From contig NC_086101.1 in the NCBI RefSeq assembly GCF_963921235.1, positions 4,094,001-4,158,000 of the forward strand: 64,000 bases of DNA, written 5' to 3'. The notes below the pieces were generated by a model, which saw only the letters and a list, made by a program, of their open reading frames with translations, ran no database searches and was not told the origin of the DNA. Position numbers and translations under genes: made by a program. Source of the stretch: Mobula hypostoma. Taxonomy: Eukaryota. Positions 50,264-62,169 of the stretch are shown in pieces. Every line of letters begins with the position of its first letter. Positions within the stretch are counted from its first letter, which is position 1.

Positions 50264-51217
50264 CAGGTCCACAATCCCTTATCCGAAAAGCGCCGAAAAC
50301 GGAAGTTTTTCTCGTGCAGTGTGGAGCGTGACGTAACAAGGCTTGTTTGGCGCGCCAACAGCTGACGTCACTGAGGTGTGACGTGACAACACTAGCAGAG
50401 GCCGCCAGACGTCATTGTGGCTCAGCGCTGGTACTGGTTACACGTGCATTTGCTGTTCGCTGATATTTTGTGTTCACTGTTGACTTTGTGTTTAATTTCA
50501 CTGTGAAAATGTCTTAATTTCACTGTGAAAATGTCAAAAAGATCTGCAGATACCCCTATGGGTAAGCACAGAATCATGATCTTAGTGTGTCTGTGCTGCG
50601 TCTTACTGAAGAATATGGTGTTGGAACTACCACTGTATACGATTTAAAGGAACAGAAAGACAAGTTACTGAAGTTTTATAGTGACAGTGATGACCATAAA
50701 CTAATGAAAAGTGGAAAAACACTGCAAAAGTCTTTAAAAACGCCGACTGTCGTAGTGCTGCTTCATAACCTGAGAACCATGTTCCTGGCCCATCAGGTAC
50801 CTGTAGAGTAGTTTGAATAGCTTAGTTTGAACCTGTATATGTCCTAGAGTATTTACGTTCTACATTAATTCCAATAAGTCAAAAAGAGCGTGGATCAGGA
50901 AAACCCAGAAGTTCTCTCTCCAGCACTTGTTGTTTGAGCATGTACTGACTTTTTTCTTGTCATTATTCCCTAAACAACACAGTATAACAACTATTTACAT
51001 AGCATTTACATTGTTTTAGGTTTTATAAGTAATCGAGAGATGATTTAAAGTTTACGGGAGGATGTGCGTAGGTCTGGAGCTCCCCCGGGTCCTAAAGTCC
51101 ACCCGCACTGAGACAGGTTAATTATCGATATAATTATCAATTTTCTAAAATCTGAAAAATTCTGAATTCCGAAATGCAACTGGCCCCAGGGATTTTGGAT
51201 AAAGGTTTGTAGATCTG
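50264..51217 (+). mobile_element. Tigger (pogo-family) internally deleted DNA transposon, TA TSD
   Basis: TIRs caggtccacaatcccttatccgaaa / ttttggataaaggtttgtagatctg flanked by TA; transposase N-terminal remnant MSKRSADTPMG...RLTEEYGVGTTTVYDLK. Confidence 0.88.
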
Positions 51218-53341
51218 TATTTCCCCCTACCCCAATTATATGTTTTCCCAAATTGTCTGCTCCTATACCTCTTCTGTACTATGGTAAAGCAGATCAAGTT
51301 GTGATCTCCGACCGACAGATCTGACACTTGACCAGGTTCATTTCCCAATACCAGATCAAGTACAGCCTCTCCTCTAATTGGCTTATCTGCACATTGGAAA
51401 CCTTTCTGAACACACCTAACAAACTCCAACCCATGTAAACCCCTCGCTCCAGGGAGATGCCAATCAATATTAGGAAAGTTAAAATCACCCATCACGACAA
51501 CCGTGTTATTATTGCACCATTCCAAATCCTGCCCTCCCTGTCTGCTCCTCGATGTCTCTGTTCCTATTGGGAGGTCTATAAAAACACCCAGTATAGTTAT
51601 TGCCCCTTTCCTGTTCCTGACTTCCACCCACACTGACCCAGTAGACAATCCCTCCATGACTTCCTCCCTTTCTGCAGCTGAGATACTATTCCTTATTAGC
51701 AATGCCACGCCGTCACCTCTTTTGCCTCCCTCCCTGTCCTTTCTGAAACACCCAAAGCCCGGCACACTCAGCAGCCATTCCTGCCCCTGAGACATCCAAG
51801 TCCCTGTAATGGCCACAACGTCACAGTTCCACATATTGATCCATGCTCTAAGTTCAACCGCCTTGCTTATGATACTCCTTGTATTAAAATAGACACATCT
51901 CAAACCATTTGGCTGAGAGCATCTTTGCTCCATCATCTGGCAAACCTTCCTCACAAACTTCCTACAAGCTATCTCTACTTGTGTGCAAACCACTCCATCC
52001 TCTGCCTCTTCACTTCAGTTCCCACCCCCCTGCAAATCTGGTTTTCACCCTCCCCAATAGCATTAACAAACCTCCCTCCCAGGATATTGGTTCCGCTCCA
52101 GTTCAGGTGCAACCCGTCCCACTTGTACAGGTCACCCCTTCCCCAGAAAAGGTTCCAGTGTTCCAAGAACGTGAAACCCTGTCCTGCACCATCTCCTCAG
52201 CCACTCATTCATCTGCGCTATCTTCCTGTTCTGACTTTCACTAGCTCGTGGCACTGGGAGTAATCTGGAGATTACCACCTTGGAGGTCCTGCCCTTCAGA
52301 CTCCTTCGTAACTCCCTAAACTTACTGCGCTGGAGCCCTACCCCTCTCCTGCATGTGCCACGATACCAATATGTACCCCAACCTCTGGCTACTCACTCTT
52401 CCCTTCAAGAATATTCTGCAACCGCTCAGAGATATCCTGGACCCTGGCACCCGGGAGGCAAAGCACTATCCCAGCATCTCTTTTGCTGCTGCAGAATCTC
52501 CTAACTGTCCCCCTAACTATTGAGTCCCCTGTGACTATTGGTCCACCTGACTTCCCCCTACCCTTCTGAGGCTCAGAACCGACCACAGTGCTATTGGTCT
52601 GGCTGCTGCTGCCTTGCCCAGATAGGTCATCCCCCTCAGCTGTATCCAAATGGACACACCTGTTACTGAGGGGAATGGCCACTGACTTCCTTCTCCCTTT
52701 ACCTCTCTCAGTGTTCACCCATCTACTCCCTGAATTCTGCACTCTGGGTGTAACCATCAGCTCAAAGGTTGTATCCATCAACTGCTCTGCCTCCCGGCTG
52801 ACCCTCAGTTCATCCAGCTCCTTAGTACGGCCTTTCAGGAGCTGGAGCTGGCTGCACTTCCCGCAGGTGTAGTCATCAGGGAGACCATCAGGTTCCATGA
52901 ATCCCCACATCCTACAGGAGGAGCATTCCACTGCCATATCTGCCATCCTGCCTGCACCGTGCAATGGGCATCCGAGACCAAATCAGCAATAACGAAAGGA
53001 AAAATTTACCATTCTTACCTGTTTCTTTGGCCTCAGCCTCTCCTTATCAAAGTCTCTTGAGTCAAAGCCTCTAAGTTCCCACTTTGACACTAGCCCCCAC
53101 TCCTATCATGACCGCTCCGCTAGTCTCTATCTCTTTTTGTGGTTTAAAAAATAAGAAAAACCCCCACGCAAGGAGAAAGAACTCACCACATTTGGTGGAG
53201 CTTCACCTGCCTTCTGCTGTCATCGATGCCTCTGACACTTCCCACGCCTGCGTACTAGCTACTCTTTTTAAGAAAAACTCCCACACAAGGAAAAAGAACT
53301 CACCGCGTTTGTGGTACCCCACCTGCCTTTTGATGCGTCTT

Positions 53342-54640
53342 ACAGATAGGACCATCTAAAATAACCATCCGGATATGTTACATACCTTAAGGAGATCTGT
53401 GATATTTTTTGTGAGAATGATGTGATGGTCTTTTGGAGGTCACCTGATGTAATTTTCCTGCCGATGTGAGGTCACGTGATGACATGTGCACCGCGGGTAT
53501 ATAAGGGAAGACCTCAGATGACGCAGTTAGTTTTTTAGTTTTTAGTTTTCCAGCTAGAACGTTAGTGTGTCTCCGTTTCTGTCGCGTATTTGTTTCTATG
53601 ATGCAGTTTCATTTTTAAAACGGAGTGTTACGTTCTATTGCAAGGTACAATAGTGCTGGACTGGCAAATTCTGCTGGACTTGTTGATGTACCTTTTTCCA
53701 GCAGTATTGGAGAGTGAAGACTTCATCGAAGTACAGGATATGAAGGATTAAAATAAGTCGGGGATGTTCGGCAGTTTAATAAAGGATCAACCTTATTGAG
53801 TCTTCGCTGAAGAAGTAGCGAATTGCATCGAAGATAACTCTTGCCAAAAGAGCAAGGAAGTTCATGCAAAGGCTTGCTCTCTAGAATTTGTCAGTTGTTT
53901 TAAACTGTTTATCTCCTGCATCGTGAATCCTTTGGACAGAACCAACAGGAAAGTCGCGTCTATGAAGAAATCCTTCTCCAGAGAAGTCTCTCCCAATTGA
54001 ACGTATAAATCTGTTGGATTTTTGAAATTACCATTTTAAGAACTGTATTTGACTTTACCACTTTAAGAACTGTTTTCGCATTTAACACTTTAAGAACCAG
54101 TGCCGACTGACGATTTGTTGAACGGCTGCATAGCGGTTAACTTCCGGTTAAGGTTTTCGTTTGTTTTTTTTAATTGTTTTATCCGTGTTTAATAAATGTT
54201 TGGTTGTTTTTATGTAACCTGTCTCGACTGATATTCATTGTTGCCGGTTACATAACAGATGTAATAATAGAGCATAAACAAGCAAGAACAACTTAATAGA
54301 TATAGCGATTCTAAACACACATAACTTACAGAAATCAAGAAGTGAAAGACACCAGAAATGCTGAATTAAAAGAGGAAATTGAAAGACTTTGGAACACGAA
54401 CAGAGTATACATTGTCCCAATAGTAATATCTGCAGCTAGTATCATCCCAAATTCACAACACAAAAGCATTCAACAATTAGGTCGACACAATAATATCTAT
54501 GTAGATCTTCAGAAAGCCACAAGACTAAACACCAGGCCAAAAGTTCCTAGCAATTGACAAATGAGTGTGTTTGGCTATGCCTGTAGCTCAGGTTTACCAG
54601 CTTGAGCTGAGAAAATATAAAAATAACAATAATAAATAAG
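53342..54640 (+). mobile_element. R4/Dong-like element C-terminus (restriction-like endonuclease) split by a solo LTR
   Basis: TDRTI*NNHPD (53342-53374), then VIIEHKQART...ELKEEIERLW...IVPIVIS...LQKA after 54258. Confidence 0.75.
53376..54257 (+). mobile_element. Solo LTR, 882 bp
   Basis: TGTTA...TAACA termini, TATA box near 53498, AATAAA at 54191, near-TSD gata/gatg. Confidence 0.85.
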
Positions 54641-54689
54641 CTATAAATATTGAGAGCATGAGATGAAGAGTCGTTCAAAGTGAGTTCAT

Positions 54690-55760
54690 TGAAGACTCCT
54701 TGAAAGTGAGGTGTGGTAACAATTCAGTGATGGGTAAGTGGAGTTGAGTGAAGTTATCCCTTCGTTCAAGTGCCTGCTGGTTGAGGGGGTAATGACTGTT
54801 CCTGACCCTGGTGGTGTGGGTCCTGGGGCTCCTGTACCTCCTGCCTGATGGTGGCAGCAGTGAGACGAGAGCCTGGCCTGGGTGGCGGGTGACCCTAATG
54901 ACGGAACATTCCTGCACCAGCCGACTGTACAGATGTGCTCAATGGTGGGGAGGGCCTTACCCAAGATGGACTGGACTACTTTTGTAGGATTTTCCATTCA
55001 AGGGCATTGTTATTTCCATTCCAGGCTGTGATGCAGCCAGTCATTATACTCTCCACTATACATTTATAGAAGTTGGTCAAAGTTTTAGAAGTTGCACCGA
55101 ATCCTCGCCATCTCCTAAGGAAGTAGAGGTGTTGCTGTGCGTTCTTCATAATTACATTTGCATGCTGGGCCGAGGACAGCCCTCTGAAATGATAACACCA
55201 AGGAATTTAAAGTTGCTGACCCACTCCACCTCTGATCCCCCAGTGTGGACTGTCTCATGGAGCTCTGGTTTCCTTCTCCTGAAATCAATAACCAGCTCTT
55301 GGCCTTGCTAACCTTCAGGAAGTGGTTGTTGTGACACCATTCAGCCAGATTTGCAACTGTCACCACCTTTGATTCAGCCACAATAGCGGTGTCGTCACCA
55401 AACTTGTGTAAGTTATTGGAAACAACAGGAATTCTGCAGATGCTGGAAATTCAAGCAACACACATCAAAGTTGCTGGTGAACGCAGCAGGCCAGGCAGCA
55501 TCTCTAGGAAGAGGCGCAGTCGATGTTTCAGGCCGAGACCCTTCGTCAGGACTAACGTTATTGGAGTTATTGGTGCTGTGCTCAGCCACGCAGTCATAAG
55601 TGTAAAGTGAGTAGAGCTGTTGCCAATCCAAACAGACTGGGGTCTGTAAGTGAGAACATCAAGGATTCAATTGCAAATGAGAGTATTGAAGCCAAGGTCT
55701 TGAAGCGTATTGATAAGTTTTGAGGGGAGGATAGTATCAAATGCTGAGCTGTTGTCAATT
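54690..55760 (-). mobile_element. Degenerate Rex1/Babar-like LINE
   Basis: PSGRRYRSPRTHTTR and NLAEWCHNNH motifs. Confidence 0.7.
55421..55556 (-). mobile_element. 136-bp Penelope-derived element, 9-bp TSD GTTATTGGA, hammerhead motif (55517-55554)
   Basis: TSD at 55412-55420 and 55557-55565. Confidence 0.85.
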
Positions 55761-56495
55761 GTTGGGCCAGACAGGCCTCTAAATAAGGTTTTCGGGATTG
55801 TGCTTTATCAGAATTGCATACGTTCGAGTGGAGTGTTGAATCCTGTTTTCGATGATGGGAATATATCCTTAAAATTTTATTTGACTGTTGTGCAGGTTTT
55901 TAATATCTGTTATTCTTCTTCCCCCTTCTGCCCGAGGAAGTGTTCATCTAAGTGCGTTTGAGTGTGTATAATGTTTTCTGAAATTTGTTACTTCAGTTCT
56001 TGTTCTTCTTTGTAAATTTTCCAGATAGTTTTAGACTAAGATATTATGACAGAAGAATATGTTAATATGGGTTCAGCAGAAGTGTTTATTGCCTTGGTTA
56101 TATTTTTACTGTTAAGCTCTGTTTGGCAGATTTTCTTAAGCCCTGAAGTAAATTCTGTCAAAAGTTTTTCCTTTATCACACTCTGATCAATTTACTTTGC
56201 TTGTTGATATCCTAGAGACTTCTATGTTTCATATTCAACGATCGGTTGAATTGTGTCCCACTGCTCTGTTTTGTATTCTATCAGCTCCGTTGTATGTTCA
56301 ATGTTCTGCAATTATCCAGTCCAAAGTTCAGTTTATATCATTCAAAAATAGTTCTACTATTTGAATTAATTGCTTTAGCTTTACTGATGAAGGGGCATAT
56401 AATTTCAAATCGTCCACGTATAGATGTGTTAAGTATAACTCATTTTCTTGTTTCTGATTTGATACCCAATTTTCATCCAGTTTAGTAAATTAGAA

Positions 56496-56621
56496 CGCAA
56501 ACAACAGGAATTCTGCGATGCTAGTCCTGACGAAGGGTCTCGGCCTGAAACGTCGACTGCGCCTCTTCCTATAGATGCTGCTTGGCCTGCTGCGTTCACC
56601 AGCAACTTTGATGTATGTTGC
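56496..56621 (+). mobile_element. 126-bp Penelope-derived element with internal inversion and 15-bp TSD
   Basis: TSD tttagtaaattagaa at 56481-56495 and 56622-56636. Confidence 0.85.
56522..56559 (+). ncRNA. Minimal type I hammerhead ribozyme motif, apparently intact
   Basis: tagtc-CTGACGA-agg(gtctcgg)cct-GAAACGTC-gactg with a GUC cleavage triplet. Confidence 0.8.
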
Positions 56622-57284
56622 TTTAGTAAATTAGAATGCAGGTTTAAAGCTAGACAGAACCGTAGTGGACTTAGAGAGTTGGCTTGGAAAAGGCCTCCGT
56701 TTATTTTGTGCTTTTTTGGTTGTTAACAGAGGGGTGATTATAGCATGCCAATGCTTCATCAGATGTTGAAAGAATTTCACAAGTATTGTGTGTATTTTTA
56801 ATATATATTAAGAGCCACGTGCACAGGACAGAGTCAAATGCTTTTTGGTAGTCAATATAGGAATATGAAAGATTTCTGCTTCTCCTCCAGGCTTGATTTA
56901 CAATTACAGAATCTGTTATCAGTTATTCTTTACATCCCTTCATACCCTTACGGCATCCTTTCTGCTCTTCTGTAAGTATGTTGTGGTTTTCTAAGTAAGC
57001 GGTGATTATTGCGAGATGCATGACAATTTTATATTTAGTGTGTAAACAAGTCAAAGGGTGATATTTTGATGGGTCATCTGTAGTTTCCCCTTTAGCAAAG
57101 AGATAGGTTTTACCTTCCGTCAAAAATGCAGACATGATGATTATTATCATGATGTATTTTCACAGTTGTTGCTCTTTGGACTGGTGTTTGTCTGTGTCAC
57201 AAATAACTGTGGGTCAATTGATTAAGAAAAATAACAAGACGGTTTGAGTCGCAAAAATGGATTGAGGTGCTTTTATTTACCTCA

Positions 57285-57690
57285 GTTTAGAAGAATGAGG
57301 GGAGACCACATAGAAACATTTTGAATGTTGAAAGGCATGGACAGAGTGGATGTGGCAAAGTTCTTTCCCATGATGGGGGAGTCTAGTACGAGAGGGAGTG
57401 ACTTAAGGATTGAAGGGCGCCCATTCAGAACAGAAATGTGAAGAAATTTTTTTAGTCAGAGGGTGGTGAATCTATGGAATTTGTTGCCACGGGCGGCAGT
57501 GGAGGCCAAGTCATTGGGTGTATTTAAGGCAGAGATTGATAGGTATCTGAGTAGCCAGGGCACCAAAGGTTATGGTGAGAAGGCGGGGGAGTGGGACTAA
57601 ATGGGAGAATGGATCAGCTCATGATAAAATGGTGGAGCAGACTCAATGGGCCGAATGGCCAATTTCTGCTCCTTTGTCTTATGGTCTTAA
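57285..57690 (+). mobile_element. CR1 3' end
   Basis: FFSQRVVNLWNLLP and cttatggtctt tail. Confidence 0.85.
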
Positions 57691-58263
57691 AACAAGACAA
57701 AAACTGGAAAAAAAAACAATATATATATATAGCCACCCTCAGACTAGACACAAAAGAAAACTAACTCCAAAGCCTTGGTAACCCGAGGCCTATGACTGCT
57801 AAGCCCCTCCCCCTAGACCAACCAAAAGCTAATTAACTCAATTATCCAATGAAAGTCGGTATCTTCCACCATTGGCACACCTGTGCAGGTTGCGGCTGCC
57901 TCGATATGAGACAGATCCACGTAGCAGCTCTGGTTCAGACGCAGTCACTATTACTGCTGGGGATGAGTGTTTTACCGAGTGTGCCGTGTGCCGTCCGTAA
58001 TCAGTGACGGGCCTTCGTCACAGTCTGTCTTTCCATCTTGTCGGCTGCTGTCTTTCACTGATTCTATTGTGAGTTTTTTTTGTATTTTCTGTGAATGCCC
58101 ACAAGTAAATGGATCTGCATTGTTCATGGTGGCTGATATGTATATTGAGAACAAATTTAATTTGAACTTTTTAACCATTGAAATGTTTAGTAGAATCTGG
58201 CCAGAGTTTAAACCCCAGTGTATATAGTACTGTGGGGAGCACCGATATTGGTGTCAGTAACAG

Positions 58264-58715
58264 CATAAGATATAGTAGCAGAATTTGGCCATTTGGCCCA
58301 TCAAGTCTGCTCCACCATTCAACCATGGCTAAACTTTCTTTCCCCTCCTCAACCGCACTCCCCAGCCTTCTCCTTGTAACCTTTGACACCGTGTCCAATC
58401 AAGAACCTAACAATCTCTGCCTTAAATACACCCAACAACCAGGCCTCCATAGCTGCCTGTGGTAATAAATTCCGCAAATTTAGCACCCTCTGGTTCAAGA
58501 AATTTCTCCGCATCTCTGTTTTAAAGGGATGCTGTGCCCTCTTGTCCTAGACTCTCCCACCAAAGGAAACATCCTTTCCACATCTACTCTGTCTAGGCCT
58601 TGCAACATTCGAAAGGTTTCAATGAGATCCCCCTCGTCCTTCCAAATTCCAGCAAGTACAGGCCCAGAGCCATCAACCGTTCCTTGTATGATAACCCTTT
58701 CATTCTGGATGCCCA
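58264..58715 (-). mobile_element. CR1 3' end abutting the exon donor
   Basis: MKGLSYKERLMALGLY...GDLIETFRML. Confidence 0.82.
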
Positions 58716-58724
58716 GGTACTTAC

Positions 58725-58814
58725 CCAGGTAATCCTCTGACTTCCTTTCTTGTTCCACAAATTTCTTGATTTCCTCTGCAGCGAGATGTGGTTCCGGGCC
58801 CATGTTCCTTCTTC
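58725..58814 (-). CDS. CFB: Complement factor B/C2 family gene, internal exon (vWA domain), phase 1->1, (G)RRNMGPEPHLAAEEIKKFVEQERKSEDYL
   Basis: Acceptor ttttcctgtgtttcag and donor G|GTAAGT; 90 nt. Resembles factor B GLHNMGGDP...REDYL and splices in frame to the 40211 exon (G+AC = Asp). CFB versus C2 cannot be resolved by eye. Confidence 0.88.
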
Positions 58815-58997
58815 CTGAAACACAGGAAAACCTCAGAGGTCATATGCACTGCTCCATGGAGAGATCACTTATCATGCACCACAGTCCCTCTCAACACACA
58901 ACGCCAAATGGTCCTGAGATCATCAGGTTTATTCTCACTGGCTTATATTGGTGCCCTGCCAACACTCCATACCAAATTCCTCATTCATGCAGATTGT

Positions 58998-59190
58998 ACG
59001 GTAGCATCGCAGTTAGAACAACCCTTTGCCTTTCGGAGCTCAGAGTTCAATTTCTACCACTGTCTTTAAGAACTTTGTTCATTCTCCCCAGGAATCGCGT
59101 GGGTTTCCCCTTGGGAGCTCCAGGGTTGATTGGTTGTTGTAAAATATGTGTGTTGCTTGATGGTGCAGGTTGTTGGGCCAGACAGGCCTC
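58998..59190 (+). mobile_element. tRNA-derived SINE remnant
   Basis: cggtagcatcgcagttag...gagttcaat head and gcgtgggtttcccc core. Confidence 0.55.
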
Positions 59191-59196
59191 TAAGTA

Positions 59197-62025
59197 CTGA
59201 TGAACTGAGAGCTTGGATACATACATGGAATTCTGATGTAGTGGCCATTACAGAGACTTGGCTGGCACCAGGGCAGGAATGGATTCTCAATATTCCTGGA
59301 TTTCAGTGCTTTAAAAGGGATAGAGAGGGCGGAAAAAGGGGAAGAGGGGTGGCATTACTGGTCAGGGATACTATTACAGCTACAGAAGGGGTGGGTAACG
59401 TAGCAGGATCCTCTTTTGAGTCAATATGGGTGGAAGTCAGGAACAGGAAGGGAGCAGTTACTCTATTGGGGGTATTCTATAGGCCCCCTGGTAGCAGCAG
59501 AGATACAGAGGAGCAGATTGGGAGGCAGATTTTGGAAAGGTGCAAAAATAACAGGGTTGTTATCATGGGTGACTTTAACTTCCCTAATATTGATTGGCAC
59601 CTGATTAGTTCCAAGGGTTTAGATGGGGCAGAATTTGTTAAGTGTGTCCAGGATGGATTCCTGTCACAGTATGTGGACAGGCCGACCAGGGGGAATGCCA
59701 TACGAGATCTAGTACTAGGTAATGAACCGGGTCAGGTCACAGATCTCTCAGTGGGTGAGCATCTGGGGGACAGTGACCACCGCTCCCTGGCCTTAATAAT
59801 TATCATGGAAAAAGATAGAATCAAAGAGGACAGGAAAATTTTTAATTGGGGAAAGGTAAATTATGAGGCTATAAGGCTAGAACTTGCGGGTGTGAATTGG
59901 GATGATGTTTTTGCAGGGAAATGTACTATGGACATGTGGTTGATGTTTAGAGATCTCTTGCGGGATATAAGGGATAAACTTGTCCTGGTGAGGAAGATAA
60001 AGAATGGTAGGGTGAAGGAACCATGGGTGACAAGTGAGGTGGAAAATCTAGTCAGGTGGAAGAAAGCAGCATACATGAGGTTTAGGAAGCAAGGATCAGA
60101 TGGGTCTATTGAGGAATATAGGGAAGCAAGAAAGGAGCTTAAGAAGGGGCTGAGAAGAGCAAGAAGGGGGAATGAGAAGGCCTCGGCAAGTAGGGTAAAG
60201 GAAAACCCCAAGGCATTCTTCAATTATGTGAAGAAAAAAAGGATGACAGGAGTGAAGGTAGGACCGATTAGAGATAAAGGTGGGAAGATGAGCCTGGAGG
60301 ATGTGGAAGTGAGCGAGGTCCTCAATGAATACTTCTCTTCGGTATTCACCAATGAGAGGGAACTTGATGATGGTGAGGACAATATGAGTGAGGTTGATGT
60401 TCTGGAGCATGTTGATATTAAGGGAGAGGAGGTGTTGGAGTTGTTAAAATACATTAGGACAGATAAGTCCCCGGGGCCTGACGGAATATTCCCCAGGCTG
60501 CTCCACGAGGCGAGAGAAGAGATTGCTGAGCCTCTGGCTAGGATCTTTATGTCCTCGTTGTCCATGGGAATGGTACCGGAGGATTGGAGGGAGGCGAAAG
60601 TTGTTCCCTTGTTCAAAAAAGGTAGTCGGGATAGTCCGGGTAATTATAGACCAGTGAGCCTTACATCTGTGGTGGGAAAGCTGTTGGAAAAGATTCTTAG
60701 AGATAGGATCTATAGGCATTTAGAGAATCATGGTCTGATCAGGGACAGTCAGCATGGCTTTGTGAAGGGCAGATCGTGTCTAACAAGCCTGATAGAGTTC
60801 TTTGAGGATGTGACCAGGCATATAGATGAGGGTAGTGCAGTGGATGTGATCTATATGGATTTTAGTAAGGCATTTGACAAGGTTCCACACGGTAGGCTTA
60901 TTCAGAAAATTAGAAGGCATGGGATCCAGGGAAGTTTGGCCAGGTGGATTCAGAATTGGCTTGCCTGCAGAAGGCAGAGGGTGGTGGTGGAGGGAGTACA
61001 TTCAGATTGGAGGATTGTGACTAGTGGTGTCCCACAAGGATCTGTTCTAGGACCTCTACTTTCCATGATTTTTATTAACGACCTGGATGTGGGGGTAGAA
61101 GGGTGGGTTGGCAAGTTTGCAGACGACACAAAGGTTGGTAGTGTTGTAGATAGTGTAGAGGATTGTCAAAGATTGCAGAGAGACATTGACAGGATGCAGA
61201 AGTGGGCTGAGAAGTAGCAGATGGAGTTCAACCCGGAGAAGTGTGAGGTGGTACACTTTGGAAGGACAAACTCCAAGGCAGAGTACAAAGTTAATGGCAG
61301 GATACTTGGTAGTGTGGAGGAGCAGAGGGATCTCAGGGTACATGTCCACAGATTCCTGAAAGTTGCCTCACAGTTGGATAGGGTAGTTAAGAAAGCTTAT
61401 GGGGTGTTAGCTTTCTTAAGTCGAGGGATAGAGTTTAAGAGTCGCGATGTAATGATGCAGCTCTATAAAACTCTGGTTAGGCCACACTTGGAGTACTGTG
61501 TCCAGTTCTGGTCACCTCACTATAGGAAGGATATGGAAGCATTGGAAAGGGTACAGAGGAGAATTACCAGGATGCTGCCTGGTTTAGAAAGTATGCATTA
61601 TGATCAGAGATTAAGGGAGCTAGGGCTTTACTCTTTGGAGAGAAGGAGGATGGGAGAGAAGGAGGATGAGAGGAGACATGATGGAGGTGTACAAGATAAT
61701 AAGAGGAGTAGATAGAGTGGATAACCAGAGCCTCTTCCCCAGGGCACCACTGCTCAATACAAGAGGACATGGCTTTAAGGTAAGGGGTGGGAAGTTCAAG
61801 GGGGATATTAGAGGAAGGTTTTTTACTCAGGGAGTGGTTGGTGCGTGGAATGCTCTGCCTGAGTCAGTGGTGGAGGCAGATACACTAGTGAAGTTTAAGA
61901 GACTACTAGACAGGTATATGGAGGAATCTAAGGTGGGGGCTTATATGGGAGGCAGGGTTTGAGGGTCGGCACAACATTGTGGGCCGAAGGGCCTGTACTG
62001 TGCTGTACTATTCTATGTTCTATGT
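59197..62025 (+). mobile_element. Young CR1 ORF2 (APE plus RT), nearly intact, same subfamily as 35835-39260
   Basis: Open to a TAG at 61215-61217; 16-bp duplication frameshift near 61637-61668; possible TSD tctaagta (59189-59196, 62026-62033). Confidence 0.95.
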
Positions 62026-62169
62026 TCTAAGTAAGGTAAGTGGATATGGCAAGATGTATGTTATATGAAGTGAAATACAGTCTAAGAGAACAGGGCAGTG
62101 AAAATACAGAAAGTTACAAAATAAGTAAATAGCGCCAAACAAAAAATGGAATAATGAGTTAGGACAAGA

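Larger units (their letters stand above)
47900..53150 (-). mobile_element. Fragmented CR1 (ORF1 52389-52964, ORF2 pieces) with nested Penelope, CR1 and Tigger insertions
   Basis: VECSSCRMW...YTCGKC, YFNTRSI and KFADDTK motifs. Confidence 0.85.
55780..57150 (-). mobile_element. R4/Dong-like RT fragment
   Basis: GKTYLFAK...PSKYHPLTCL, EEQKGCRKG..GCKEQL, DYQKAFDSV and Y.DDLKLYA motifs. Confidence 0.8.

Noticed and set aside
53145..53340. ~115-bp direct duplication
   Set aside because: Most simply tandem units at the 5' end of the adjacent minus-strand CR1, like those at 1830-1960 and 26440-26480.
59130..61217. 695-aa ORF as a functional or domesticated RT gene
   Set aside because: It starts in a SINE remnant, lacks the APE N-terminus, and ends at a premature TAG followed by a frameshift.
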